Shown: positions 26,147-39,200 of the stretch, in pieces | How positions within the stretch are numbered: position 1 is the stretch's first letter | How the letters are laid out: each line of letters opens with the position of its first letter | Source: Mobula hypostoma | Taxonomy: Eukaryota | Assembly (NCBI RefSeq): GCF_963921235.1 | Contig: NC_086109.1 | Location: forward strand, 24,926,001-24,990,000 | Direction of reading: 5' to 3' | DNA length: 64,000 bases | The notes under the pieces: generated by a model | Databases searched by the model: none | What the model was told of the DNA's origin: nothing | The model's input: the letters and a program-made list of their open reading frames with translations, nothing else | Program-made: the position numbers and the translations under genes

Positions 26147-26691
26147 CACTCATTGGTCACTTTATTAGGTACTCCTGTTCGTTAACGCAAATCAGGCAAT
26201 CATATGGCGGCAACTCAATGCGTGAAAGCATGCAGACGTGGTCAAGAAGTTCAGTTGTTGATCGGACCAAACATCAGAATGGGGGAAAATGTGATCTGAG
26301 TGACGTTGACTGTGGAATAATTGTTGGTGCCAGATGGGGTGGTTTGAGAAACTGCTGAACTCCTGAGATTTTCAAGCACGACGGTCTCCAGAGTTTACAG
26401 AGAATGGTGCGGAGAACAAAAAGCATCTAATGAGCGGCAGTTCTGTTGGTGAATGGGCCGTGTTAATGAGAGAGGTCAGAGGAGAATGGCCAGACTGGTT
26501 CAAGCTGACAGGAAGGGGACAGTAACTCAAATATCCACACGTTACAACAGTGGTGTGCAGAAGAGCATCTCTGAACACATAACATGTCGAACCTTGAAGT
26601 GGATGGGTTACAGCAGCGGAAGACCATGAACATACACTCACTGGCTACTTTATTAGATACAGGAATTACTTAATAAAGTAGTCACTAAGTG
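26147..26691 (+). mobile_element. Tc1/mariner deletion derivative
   Basis: TIR cactcattggtcactttattaggtac after TA; Tc1 N-terminal remnant (KCDLSDVDCGIIVGAR); TIR-TIR mini-palindrome at the right end. Confidence 0.8.
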
Positions 26692-26759
26692 TGTATTGAA
26701 CAGAAAGGGACCCATTGGCACAAGATACATCATTCAAGCTAATCTTATTTTCCAACCTT

Positions 26760-27185
26760 TTCAATCCATGTACGTGTCCAACTATGTTTTAAATTTGTTA
26801 ATGTACCTGCCTCAACCACCTCCTCTGGCAGCTCATTCCATGTGTATGCCAGTCGTTGTGGGAAAAAGTTGACTCTCAGCCCTCGACTGAATCTTTCCCC
26901 GTCACCTTAAGCCTACTGTATACCCTCTAATTGTTGGCTCCCTAACTCTGGGATAAAGATTAGGAGCATGCACCCTGTCTTTGCCCCTTATGATTTTATG
27001 CATCTCTCTAAGATCTCCTGTCAGTCTCCCACACTTCAAGGAACAAATTCCTAGGCTGTCCAGCCATTCCCAATAACCCAGTCCCTCAAATCTTGGCAAC
27101 ATCCTTTCCTGTTTATTGACGTCTTTCCCACAGCAGGGCATCCAACACCAAGCACAATATTCCAAGTGCAGTCTTGCCATTGTCC
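26760..27185 (-). mobile_element. CR1 3' fragment
   Basis: RLHLEYCAWCW...LDSLGICSLKCGRLTGDL. Confidence 0.75.
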
Positions 27186-29288
27186 TGTATAATGGTACTG
27201 GTGAACAGAAACAAATGGGACTAATGTAGATGGGTGCTTGATGAAGGAAGTCATCAAATGTCCAATAATGATGACATTAAAAGTATAGAGCAACTGAAGA
27301 AACCCAGTGAGTGAAGGATGAGATTATCCCACCTTCTCCATATTATCCTCATTTCCTTCCCTTGGGATTTCAGCCACTTGGAGTGAGTTAAATGCTGGAC
27401 CCATAGGTGACAATAATGTTTCACAGACATTTCAGAGATGAGCCTTCCTGAGGGAGTTAAATTCACTCTGCTGATAGCAACTAGATAGCAACAGTGCAGC
27501 AAAAGATCTCCCCATTCATCAGTGTTGTGTGGGGTGGGGGGACATGGTGGAAATTGTTAGTTGACATCCTGTGGCCTCAGATCTGAAGTGTGACTCGGAA
27601 TAGGGGAAGGGACAGGGCATTGAAGGTTTAAGCAAGGAGGTGGTAGGATAGGGGATTTGGCACGGGATTCTTTATCCACCATTTTGTCTGGCATCACACT
27701 ACAATGTAACCATGCACAGGAGTGGTATTTGGACAAGTCTGAGTGACTCCTTCATCTGAAAGGTGAAAATGGAAAACCAAAATGGATAAAACAGCACCAT
27801 TTGAATTAGTAAATTGAAAAGGACCCTTTGGCCCAACTCATCCATGCTGACAAGGTGCCCATGTAAACCAATCCCATTTACTGACCAAGGTGCTCACCAG
27901 TGCTAGTTCCATTTGCTCATATTTTGGCCCATATCCCTCTAAACCCTTCCAATCCGTGTACTCACCCAAATGTCTTTTCAACGTCATTTTTGTAGCTGCT
28001 TCAATTACTTTCTCAGACCATGACATTATTACAAGCTGGCAACCACGTCCATCAAACACCAGTTTGAACCAATCCCATTTTATTCTCTCCACATTCCCAC
28101 CTTAGCCTACCTTTCCTACCACCTACCATCCCTTCCCCACCTGGATCCACCTGCCCATCATCCATCCCCTTTCTGACTCTGCGCCGCAACTTCCAGTGTT
28201 CCACATCCAGAAGGTGTCACCTGCCAGAATGCGTGGTGTTCAAATGCAGCTTCTCCAATCTAGAGACGTGGGCATTGGTTTGCGAGACTGGCATTTACTC
28301 TCCTGTGATGAAGGCTGCCCATGTTCATCCACCTGTCTGGTACAGACGGATGTAATTCTTTGTCCCACTGCATAGCAGCCTTTAATGAACTCACTAACGT
28401 GTTCATGATGCTTCAGGTGATAGGTGCAAGTCAGGGCAGAGTATAGAACACAGAACGGTGTCCACGGTGTCTGAGCTGAAAATGCCACCATGCACAGGGT
28501 AAAATAGAGACACAAGAGGCTGCAGAGGTTGGAATCTGAAGGAAAGGTAAACTGCTGGGTTAGGATGAGTACATTATAGGCATGCTATGTCGGTGATGAA
28601 GCTTGGCGACACTTGCAGGCTGCCCCAAGCACATCCACAAGCTGTGCTGGTTGTTCAATATATTTCACTGTATGTTTCGATGTTGCAATGCATATGTGAC
28701 AAATAAACCTAATCGTATTTTATAAAGCTAATACAATGAAATCAGCAAATGCAGTAGCATCTATGTGGGAGGCAAAGAGGTGGTTGACTTTCGGGTGAAG
28801 AGCCTGCATTGGGACGACAAGCCAGTGTACAGAAAAGGGAGGCAGGTTCAGGCGGAGGCTGGCAGATGATAGGTGGAAAAAAGAGAAAAATAGACAGGTG
28901 GAGCCCCAAGGAAATGGGAAGGGTGGAGACAGAAGCTCATAGGTGTAAGGAAAGAGTTAAGTTTGATTTCTCCTTGGTACATGCTAAAATGTGTAAGATG
29001 AAATGATGTCAGCTTGGAATGCAGTAATGGCCTGTCTTCCTGCTTACTGACCAATGTTTTGTCTCTATTTTGAATGAACATCAGATACCAATAAAGAATT
29101 TTTTTGCCTCCTTGCACACCTGCTTTCTCTATTTTTAAGTTGTGTGTGTTTAAGCCAAAGGTTGCGAGAAATAAAAAGGAGTCCTGAAGGGTATAAAAAG
29201 GGACAATTAGTTTATGCAAGTGGAAAATCTTATCTTAGGCTGGGACACAATTGGAGCTAAGAGCTAGAGATAGAGATAGAGATATCGG

Positions 29289-29327
<39 letters not shown>

Positions 29328-29464
29328 GAAAGGTTATTGGTCAATTGCAGTTCCCTCCAGCTGTATATTGTATAGCGTGCATAGGTATTATTTTGTCTCT
29401 TTTAATATATAATTTTAATAAAATATCTTTAATATGTGCACAGTGCCTTCTTTTTTTCCAAGTA

Positions 29465-30955
29465 TCTTAAAACTAATCAGGAAACTCCAAAACTTGGGCC
29501 GCAATACCCTCTTGTGCAATTGGACCCTGAATTTCCTCACTTGCAGACCCCAGTGTGTTTGGAAAAGCGTCTCCTCCAGAATCTCTATCAGCACAGGAGC
29601 ACCACAGGTATGTGTGCTTGTTCCCACTCTACTCGCTTTACACCTATGACTGTGTGGCGAAGTACAACTTCAACATCATATGCAAGTTTGCTGACGATGC
29701 CACTGTTGTGGGCTGTATCAAAGGTGGTGATGAATCAACATACAGGAGGGAGATTGAAAACTTGGCTGAGTGGTGTAATAACAACAACCTCTCACTCAAT
29801 GTCAATAAGACCAAGAAACTGATTGTAGGCTTTAGGAAAGGGAAACCAAAGGTCCATGAGCCAGTTCTCATCGGAGGATCAGAGGTGCAGAGAGTAGAAA
29901 CTTCAAATTTCTGGGAGCCACTATCTCAGAGAAACAGCCCTCCAACAATCATATAAATATAAATGCAAAGAAAGCACAACAGTGCCTCTACTTCTCCCGG
30001 AGTCTGCAGAAATTCAGTTTGTCATCAAAAACCTTAACAAACTTCTATAGATGTGTGGTGGCAAGAATGCTGACTGGCTGCATTATGGCCTGGTATGGAA
30101 ACATCAATGCCTTTGAGTGGGAACTCCTACAAAACATTGTGGATTTGGCCCTGTATATCATGGATAAAACCCTCCCAACCATTGAGCACATCTACATGAA
30201 TCATTGTTGTAGAAAAGCAGCATCCATCATCAAAGATCCTCATCACCCAGCCCATGTTCTTTTCTCACTGCTGCCATCAGGTAGAAGGTACAAGTGCCTC
30301 AGGACTCACACCACTGGGTTCAAGAACAGTTACTACCCCTCAACCATCAGGCTCCTGAACAAAAGCAGATAACTACACTCATTCTATTTCTGGTGTTCCC
30401 ACAACTGCTGGTCTCACTTTAAAGTCTCTTTATTGTGTTATTTCACGTTCGTCATTTACTACTATTCATTTATATTTGTAGTTGCACAGTTTGATGTTCA
30501 GTGATCCTGTTTACAGTTACTGTTCTATAGATTTGTTAAGTATGCCCGCAGGAAAAAGAGCCTCAGGGTTGTATGTGGTGACAATAAAATAAAGGTATCC
30601 GTTAGTCTTGCGAGACCATGGATCTGTGCCTGGAAAGTCTTCACTCTCCAGGGCGCAGGTCCAGGCAAGGTTGTATGGAAGACCGGCAGTTGCCCATACT
30701 GCAGGTCTCCCCTCTCCACGACACCAATGTTGTCCAAGGGAAGGGCATTAGGACCCACACAGCTTGGCACCGGTGTCGTCGCAGAGCAATGTGTGATTAA
30801 GTGCCTTGCTCAAGGACACAACACATTCCCTCGGCTGGGGCTCGAACTCACCACCTTCAGGTAGCTAGTCCAATGCCCTAACCACTTGGCCACATGCCCA
30901 TAAATAAATTTTATCTGATAAATCTGGTAATAAATTTTACTTTGAACTTTGAAAT
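29465..30955 (+). mobile_element. Rex1/Babar LINE 3' part (RT and tail) with a nested SINE
   Basis: [15 protein letters not shown]...KFADDATVVGCI, LSLNVNKTK, LTNFYRC, LLPSGRRYK...FKNSYYP; tail tttactttgaactttgaa. Confidence 0.88.
30583..30900 (-). mobile_element. tRNA-headed SINE (probably RTE-mobilised), copy 1
   Basis: A-box TGGCCAAGTGG, B-box GTTCGAGCC, gtgtccttgagcaaggcactta body; close homolog at 46755-47060; 3' fragment at 22148-22188. Confidence 0.85.
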
Positions 30956-30987
30956 ACCTCTTGCTGTGGAATTAGAAAACAACTAGG

Positions 30988-31290
30988 AGGGCTGGCTGGT
31001 GGCGCAATGACATCAACGCCGGACTCTGGAACGGAGGTTCCCGGGTTCGAACCCAGCTGGGCCCGCTCCTGAGTACACTTTCCGGGTCGAGTGTCGAGAT
31101 CACAACTTGACCTCGTAAAATAAAGGGAAAATACCACAAAATGTCTGTGAGAGGAGTGGCGTGCCACACAATCTCTCTCTCTCGCTCCGCGCCTTGTAAA
31201 AGCATGAAAAAGACATCGTCCCGCCAACATCGCACACGCACGGATGGACGCACGCAGATGCACACGCGCACACACATGCCAAAAAAAAAG
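30988..31290 (+). mobile_element. Young CpG-rich tRNA-headed SINE with poly(A) tail
   Basis: A-box TGGCGCAATG, B-box GGTTCGAACC, A-tail, TSD aactagg (30981-30987, 31291-31297). Confidence 0.85.
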
Positions 31291-31832
31291 AACTAGGGAC
31301 AAAACTTATAAAATATTTTTTGTTAGTAGAGGTAATAGATGGAACCAGATAGGGGAGAGGTGACAGGTGGATATCACCAAGGGGAAAGTAAGGGTGATCT
31401 AAAACAGGAGAAATCTATTGGTGTGGGTAATGCGCAGAGAGAATCAAGTGAGGAAGAGTGATGGGTATACTGTAGGTGAAAGGGGTGGAGGTGGGATGGG
31501 AAAGGTGAACGGTAGAAGAGAGAACTTGTGTCAACTGGGAGAGAAAGGAACTGAAATTGGAAAATATATTGTCCATGCCACTGGGTTGTTGGTTACCCAA
31601 GTGAAATATGAGGCACTGTTCTTCTAGTTTGATCTGAGTCTCACCCAGTGGAGGGCAATGGAGAGACAGATCAGCGTAGGAACAAAACTATTAACAAAAT
31701 TATTGGGTAGGATCTGCTCTAATTTTCCCTAGATTATTCAGTATTTTTGTCACTGCACTCCCAGCTTTTCATCCATCAGCTGGAAGCCACTGCATCTTCC
31801 AAGAGTGGTGATATTGTATATTTATTGTATAT

Positions 31833-32306
31833 ACGTTCAGTAGCCACTGTATTAGTTACCTCCTGTATCTAATAATGTGGCCACTGAGTGTACATTTGTG
31901 GTCTCCTCCTCGCGTCGCCCATCCTGACAGTTGGAGCCAGTCTGGTCATTTTCTTCTGACCTCTCTCATTGACAAGGCACAGAACTGACACTCACTGGAT
32001 GCTTTTTTTTTTGTTTTTCACACCATTCTCTGTAAACTCTAGAGACCATTGTGCATGAAAACGCCAGGCGATCAGCAATTTCTGAGATACTCAAACCACC
32101 CAGTCTCACAGCAACAATCATTCCACAGCCAAGGTCACTTATATCACATTTCTTCCCCATTCTGGTGTTTGGTTTGAACAACATCTGAACCTCTTGACCA
32201 TGTCTGCAAGCTTTTATGCATTGAATTGCTGCCACATAATTGGCTGATTAGATATTTGCATTAATGAGCAGATGTGCAGCTGTACCTAATATAGTGGTCA
32301 CTGAGT
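31833..32306 (-). mobile_element. Tc1/mariner deletion derivative, same family
   Basis: MGKKCDISDLGCGMIVAVRLGGLSISEIADRLAFSCTMVSRVYREWCEKQK (paired-like HTH); same TIRs. Confidence 0.8.
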
Positions 32307-32623
32307 ACACATGACAGTATGGTGGCCTTTTCCCTGTAGAATAATGGCTTGCTCAGTGATCTCTAGGAACTGGAATACCAAACACCTCCTCTGTTCCCCC
32401 AGATAAAACAGCAAGAACCATGCTGGGTGCTTTATTATTGTTGTATTTTATTCTCTTTATCCTGTTTTCCAACCCCATTTATGTAACCACTAAATTAACA
32501 GCATGACCCTCAATTCCCAAGACAGTTATATCAGTCCATATTAAGCCTGGCCTGGTATAGTGTGGTGGGAGAGTACTGAGGGATTTTTGTACATGAATGG
32601 GCTCTTGGCTGTAGCAGGGAAAA

Positions 32624-32629
32624 TTTATT
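32624..32629 (-). terminator. Candidate PROK1 polyadenylation signal (AATAAA); further candidates near 32431-32452
   Basis: tttatt on the + strand about 250 nt downstream of the stop codon. Confidence 0.45.
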
Positions 32630-32881
32630 GTGCTCAGAATTCACCGCTACTGAGAAGCAGAACAAATAAATACAAGGCATCTTAATTTTTGCATTGATAC
32701 AGACGAAACACTTTATATTGGAAGCCATTGGGTCTTCATGGAAGGGAAGATCAGTGGCCTATTCCAAGTTACCAGAAGGGAGCTTTTAAGGTGATGAGGC
32801 CACTGATATCTGCATATCATAATGGGACTGCGCCTGTCACAGATAGCAGAGCCCCCGCTTTTGTGGCTGTTCTGGACCTTC

Positions 32882-33004
32882 TCACTGGAACTTCATGTGC
32901 TTAAACTGGGAGGTGCAACGAAATCTGGCATCCGGAGACCTGGAGCACAACAGATACGGCAGACACGGGCAGGTGTGGTGTTGCCTCTTCCCGGAGAACG
33001 GAAC
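32882..33004 (-). CDS. PROK1: Prokineticin-1 coding exon 3 (terminal)
   Basis: ccgcag acceptor, phase 0; [40 protein letters not shown] then TGA. Spliced product is 105 aa with 10 Cys. Confidence 0.96.
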   Translation of the reverse strand, partial: VPFSGKRQHHTCPCLPYLLCSRSPDARFRCTSQFKHMKFQ

Positions 33005-35572
33005 CTGCGGTGGTAAAGACAGGCAACGTCAGCTACAATCTAGGTTATAACAGAAGACATAGCAAGGCAGTTCATGGGACTAATCCTTCTATGTATTCAT
33101 CCGGTCAGACGTGAGCCTAGACATAAGGAACCCTGGTGTAGATCCTGCGACCAATTCCCATATAGACCAAGTATAAGACCGTCTGGAGACACAAGAGACT
33201 GCAGATGCTGAAATCTGGAGTAACAAACAGCTGGAAGAACTCAGTGGGTCAAGCAGAATCTGTGGTAGGAAAGGAACCATTGATGTTTCAGGTTGAAACT
33301 CTGCACCGGGGCTGAGGGTGGAGAGGCGAGATGGCCAGCATAAAGTGAGAAGGATTCGAAGGCAATTGGTGGACAGAGGAGAGGCATGAAATGGTGTGCC
33401 TTCTGGTATTGATTGGCAGTACAAATGACACTGTCACTGGTTCTGGTACTGACCCCTGAAACAGACGCATCAATCATTAATATACTGAGTCACAGTATAT
33501 GGAGCCTTAATATACTGATCGTGGTACTGAGCCCCAAGTATATTGACCGTAGTACTAAGACCCCAGTTATTTACTGTGGGAATGTCCCTGGTATTAAGCT
33601 CCAGTACACTGGCTCTGAACTTAGAGCACTGACCACAGAGACATGGTGAAAGAAAGCAGGACAGGCAACTCAACAGCCCAGGGGATAGAATCTTCAAACA
33701 TGATGGGAGAGATGTAAAAGAACTATAGAACACTAAAGATTGTATTATGGAGGTAATGAAAGAAGACATCCAAGAGCGCCCTGCATAAGAACTGAAGAAC
33801 AAAATGGTTGTTGGGGTAAGGGGGCTGTGGGGTTTATTCTCTTCCGCTAGTATGCTACATGCATCCTGCTGGTTAGTAGGAGACAGGGATGGACAAATTG
33901 CTGAGAGATGTATGTGTGATAGGGTTACAGCAATAGGGGATTTCAGCTTCTCCAGTATTTACAAGGATCGCTTTAGTGCAAAAAGGCAATGAGGAGGTGG
34001 AATTTTTAAAGTGCTTTCAGAAGAGTTTTACTCGGCAGTACACAGGGAAGGTGCAGAGCAGCACCTAATCGTAAAGAAGATGGCTGGGCAAGTGGGAGAG
34101 TATTTTGCAGCCAGTGACCATAAGTTTAAAGATGGTTATGGAGATGGATAAGGATTGACTGGAAATGAAGGCCCTGAAACAGATGAAATTTGATTTCAAT
34201 ATCACAAGACAGAACCTGGCAAAAGTAGACTAAGAACAGTGACTTGCAGGGAGGTCTAACCAGACAAGCGAGAGTCAGTGAAATGTGAAATGATGATGGT
34301 TCAGGATGGTTTAGGGCCATTAAAGTGAAAGGTATGGACAGCAAATACAAGGGAAACCTGGTTGTCAAGTACTAAATAAATTAAAAAAGGAAGATAATGC
34401 TGATATGAAGAGCTGGAAACAGGAGAGGTCCTTCAAGGGTATAGAAAGTGCAGGAAGGTTATTTAAAATGAAATTAGAAGGGCAAACAGGCATGAAATAT
34501 TACTAGCTGAGAAGACTTGTTGGGCTGAAAAGGCTTGTTACCATTCTGTATCTTTAAATAAAATTAAATAAAATTATTTTGGATATATTCTGATGGAAAA
34601 TCTATCAGAATGTACATGGGAATTTGCACTATTGGCGATCATGTTTTTTATAAAAGTTTTTAACCAAAGAATGTTTTTTTCAGAATTCAATTATAGTTCT
34701 AACCTTTGCCCTGACCAAGTCCATCCCTGAACTAACAACACTGAAAGCAGATAGTTCGGTCATTGAAATCAATGCTGTTTGTAGAATTTTTCTATGTCCA
34801 AGCTATTTCCTATGTTATGGCACTACTGACTGTATTTCAAAAGTGTTGCCTGTAGCACATTTTGGGATGCCCTTAGGCTAAGAGAAAAGTTATATAAATA
34901 TCACAAGGAATGGGTTATTGTGTAGTTTTATTGATAAACAAAAAGCCAAAGAATTTATCCCGCCAAAGGGTTTCAGCCCAAAGCGTCGACTGTACTGTTT
35001 TTCGAGATGCTGCCTGACCTGCTGAGTTCCTCCAGCATTTTGTGTGTGTTGCTCGGATTTCCAGCATCTGCAGATTTTCTCTTGTTTGGGATTTGTCCCA
35101 CCTAAGCTCTGACGGTATGGCATAGAAAAACTGCCCCAATTCTCAAGAAAAAAATACAAGTCAGTGTTGCAAAGCTGCTATGGAAATAGTAAAGTCTGGC
35201 ATAAGATAGCTGTGGGAAAAGGCTTCTTTACCTACTGAAACTGCAATGTGGGTGAGGAGTGGTTTCTATACTGAAACCATCATAGAGAAACTGTGTACTA
35301 AATGGGCAAGAAAATTCAGGTCAGTGGATTAATGCAATTAACGTGATCCTTGTAGTTCAATAATGCCCCAGTCACAGTTCAGGAACAGGGTCCTGGCTCA
35401 GAACAATTTGGCTAATTGTAACATTATCTTAGATAGTGAGGTTCAGTGATACAGTTCATGGTTGTCCTTCATTCTCTTCCCCTTCTGCCTCCATCTCCTC
35501 CTCACATTGGACTTGGACTGGACTTCGTTGACCCTAATGCATCATTAATGAGGTAGAACAGCAGAATCCAAC

Positions 35573-35698
35573 CTTGTGACTGAAGGGATGACACTTATCT
35601 CCTTCCTGTCCCTGTGGAGTGCACATTCGCAGTCCACGTAGCCATAGACTGACAGCACAGCAGGAACCCGGGCCGCACTGTACATCCCGATCACAAGC
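35573..35698 (-). CDS. PROK1: Prokineticin-1 coding exon 2
   Basis: ctctctcttcacag acceptor; 126 nt encoding [45 protein letters not shown]|gttgga donor. [12 protein letters not shown] matches PROK1 rather than PROK2. Confidence 0.97.
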
Positions 35699-36246
35699 CT
35701 GTGAAGAGAGAGAGGTACAGTTACGGTACAACGCCCGATTACGGGTAAGCATTGCACAAAGGACTGTCAAAACTTATCAAATAGTGACATTTGGAATATT
35801 GATTCCCTCTTTCATATGAGTTAACTTTAAACTCGGTGTGCCTGAACATTCTGTCAGATTCTGCGTCCCTGCAGCAATTTCTAAATCCAAACCACTTTCA
35901 CTCCCTTGACATTTACTGTATGCTTCTACCTTACCCTTGCCTCTATCTTTCTCTCGTAAGTTCCCCCCCTCCACACTTCTCCCAAAGGTGTTTGCTTGAA
36001 TTCAGCTGTCCCTTTGTCCCTTCAGATGATCTGCAAAGATGACCCATTCATCACTGATGTGAATATGTGTGCACTTGGGGAGGGTGGGGTTGAGAGATTT
36101 TCATCTGTCATCTAATGTTGAATCTCAGGTTGAGATTGTCAAGAAGAACATAGTAATTACACAGCAATTGGTAAGCAAAGAAAGAAAAAAAAAATCATCT
36201 TTTTCACATTGTGACTAGCTTTTATGGGAGTCTCAGTTGTTATAGG

Positions 36247-39200
36247 AACATAGAAACATAGAAAATAGGTGCAGGAGTAGGCCATTCAGCTCTTCAAGCC
36301 TGCACCGCCATTTATTATGATCATGGCTGATCCTCCAACTCAGAACCCCGCCCCAGCCTTCCCTCCATACCCCCTGACCCCCGTAGCCACAAGGGCCATA
36401 TCTAACTCCCTCTTAAATATAGCCAATGAACTGGCCTCAACAGTTTCCTGTGGCAGCGAATTCCACAGATTCACCACTCTCTGTGTGAAGAAGTTTTTCC
36501 TAATCTCGGTCCTAAAAGGCTTCCCCTTTATCCTCAAACTGTGGCCCCTCGTTCTGGACTTCCCCAACATCGGGAACAATCTTCCTGCATCTAGCCTGTC
36601 CAATCCATTTAGGATCTTATACGTTTCAATCAGATCCCCCCTCAATCTTCTAAATTCCAACGAGTACAAGCCCAGTTCATCCAGTCTTTCTTCATATGAA
36701 AGTCCTGCCATCCCAGGAATCAATCTGGTGAACCTTCTTTGTACTCCCTCTATGGCAAGGATGTCTTTCCTCAGATTAGGGGACCAAAACTGCACACAAT
36801 ACTCCAAGTGTGGTCTCACCAAGGCCTTGTACAACTGCAGTAGTACCTCCCTGCTCCTGTACTCGAATCCTCTTGCTATAAATGCCAGCATACCGTTCGC
36901 CTTTTTCACCGCCTGCTGTACCTTGCATGCCCTCTTTCAATGACTGGTGTATAATGACACCCAGGTCTCGTTGCACCTCCCCTTTTCCTAGTCGGCCACC
37001 ATTCAGATAATAATCTGTTTTCCTATTTTTGCCACCAAAGTGGATAACTTCACATTTATCCACATTAAATTGCATCTGCCATGAATTTGCCCACTCACCC
37101 AACCTATCCAAGTCACCCTGCATCCTCTTAGCATCCTCCTCACAGCTAACACTGCCACCCAGCTTCGTGTCATCCGCAAACTTGGAGATGCTGCATTTAA
37201 TTCCCTCATCCAAGTCATTAATATATATTGTAAACAACTGGGGTCCCAGCACTGAGCCTTGCGGTACCCCACTAGTCACCGCCTGCCATTCTGAAAAGGT
37301 CCCGTTTATTCCCACTCTTTGCTTCCTGTCTGCTAACCAATTTTCCACCCACACCAATACCTTACCCCCAATACCGTGTGCTTTAAGTTTGCACACTAAT
37401 CTCCTTTGTGGGACCTTGTCAAAAGCCTTTTGAAAATCCAAATATACCACATCCACTGGTTCTTCCCTATCCACTCTACTAGTTACATCCTCAAAAAATT
37501 CTATGAGATTCGTCAGACATGATTTTCCTTTCACAAATCCATGCTGACTTTGTCAGATCATTTCACCGCTTTCCAAATGTGCTGTTATCACATCCTTTCT
37601 TTCTTTCTTTTTAAATCTTTTTATTGAGTAAGTATACAAAAAAGGTAAGCCATATAAACATTAATACAATGTTAAAGTATAATAAAATTCCAAAAGATAA
37701 CAATACCAAAAAGAAAATACTACAAACAATGTAATTTAAGCATAAGAAACCAAGATAACATAATAGTATACTGGATTTTATATATATCAATGGAAAAAAA
37801 GAAAAAAAAACCCCAAAAAAAAAACCCACCGTGCAACTAACTAAAAGCAAAGCAAAGCAATGGGCTAACTTGAAACCAAACAGAGTTAAACTTAAAATCA
37901 CGTCCTCAATCCCGACCTCCATTAAAACAGTGAAAAAAAACAAGAAGGGTAAATATTACATTAAATGAAAATATCGAATAAAAGGTCCCCAAATCTGTTC
38001 AAATTTAAATGAAGAATCATAAAGGTTACTTCTAATTTTCTCCAGATTCAAACATAAAATCCTCTGAGAAAACCAAAAAAAGGTAGTCGGAGCATTAAGC
38101 TCTTTCCAATGTTGTAAAATACATCTTTTCGCCATTAAAGTAAGAAATGCAATCATTCTACGGGCTGAAGGGGAAAGATTACTAGAAATTTTAGGTAGTC
38201 CAAAGATAGCAGTAATAGGGTGAGGAGAGATATCTATATTTAATACCTTAGAAATAATATTGAAAATATCTCTCCAAAAAGTTTCCAAAGTAGGGCAAGA
38301 CCAAAACATATGAGTTAAAGAGGCTATCTGCCCCGAACATCTATCACAGAAAGGATTAATATGCGAGTAAAAACGCGCTAACTTATCTTTGGACATATGT
38401 GCTCTATGAACCACTTTAAATTGAATTAGGGAATGTTTAGCACAAATAGAGGAAGTATTAACTAATTGTAAAATCTGCCCCCAATCATCCACAGAAATGG
38501 TAAGCCCCAATTCCTGTTCCCAATCTACCCTAATCTTATCAAATGGAGCTTTCCTAAGTTTCATAATAATATTATAAATCATAGCCGATGCACCTTTCTG
38601 ACATGGATTAAGGTTAATTATCGAATCTAAAATATATATAGGAGGAAGCATTGGAAAGGAAGAAAGTATAGTACTTAGGAAATTTCTAACTTGTAAATAT
38701 CTAAAAAAAATGTATTCTTGATAAGTTATATTTATTAGATAATTGTTCAAAAGACATAAGGGAACCATCTAAAAATAAATCCAAAAACCGTAAAATACCC
38801 TTAGTCTTCCAAGTTTGAAAAGCGCGATCCGTAAAAGAGGGAGGAAAAAATATGTTACCTAAAATAGGAATCGCTAACCCGAATTGATTAAGATCAAAAA
38901 ATTTTCTGAATTGAAACCAAATACGCAAAGCATATTTAACGATCGGGTTAGAGACCTGCTTAAGGCGTTTCGAATCAAAAGGAAGAGATGAACCTAAAAT
39001 AGAACCAAGTGTATAACCCTGAACAGATTGTAATTCCAATGCTACCCATTTAGGAATAGATAGTATGTCCCGGTCAAGTAACCAAAATTTCATATGTCGA
39101 ATATTAATAGCCCAATAATAAAATCTAAAGTTAGGTAATGCTAAACCTCCATCTCTCTTAGCTTTCTGTAAATGTATTTTACCCAGTCTCGGATTCTTAT

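Noticed and set aside
30828..31062. tRNA genes
   Set aside because: The A/B boxes are SINE heads continuing into SINE bodies and tails.
35534..35770. ORF-track 78-aa product as a stand-alone gene
   Set aside because: It is PROK1 exon 2 plus intronic read-through on both sides.
36317..37433. Plus-strand ORFs of 208 aa and 134 aa
   Set aside because: Antisense shadows of CR1 ORF2.
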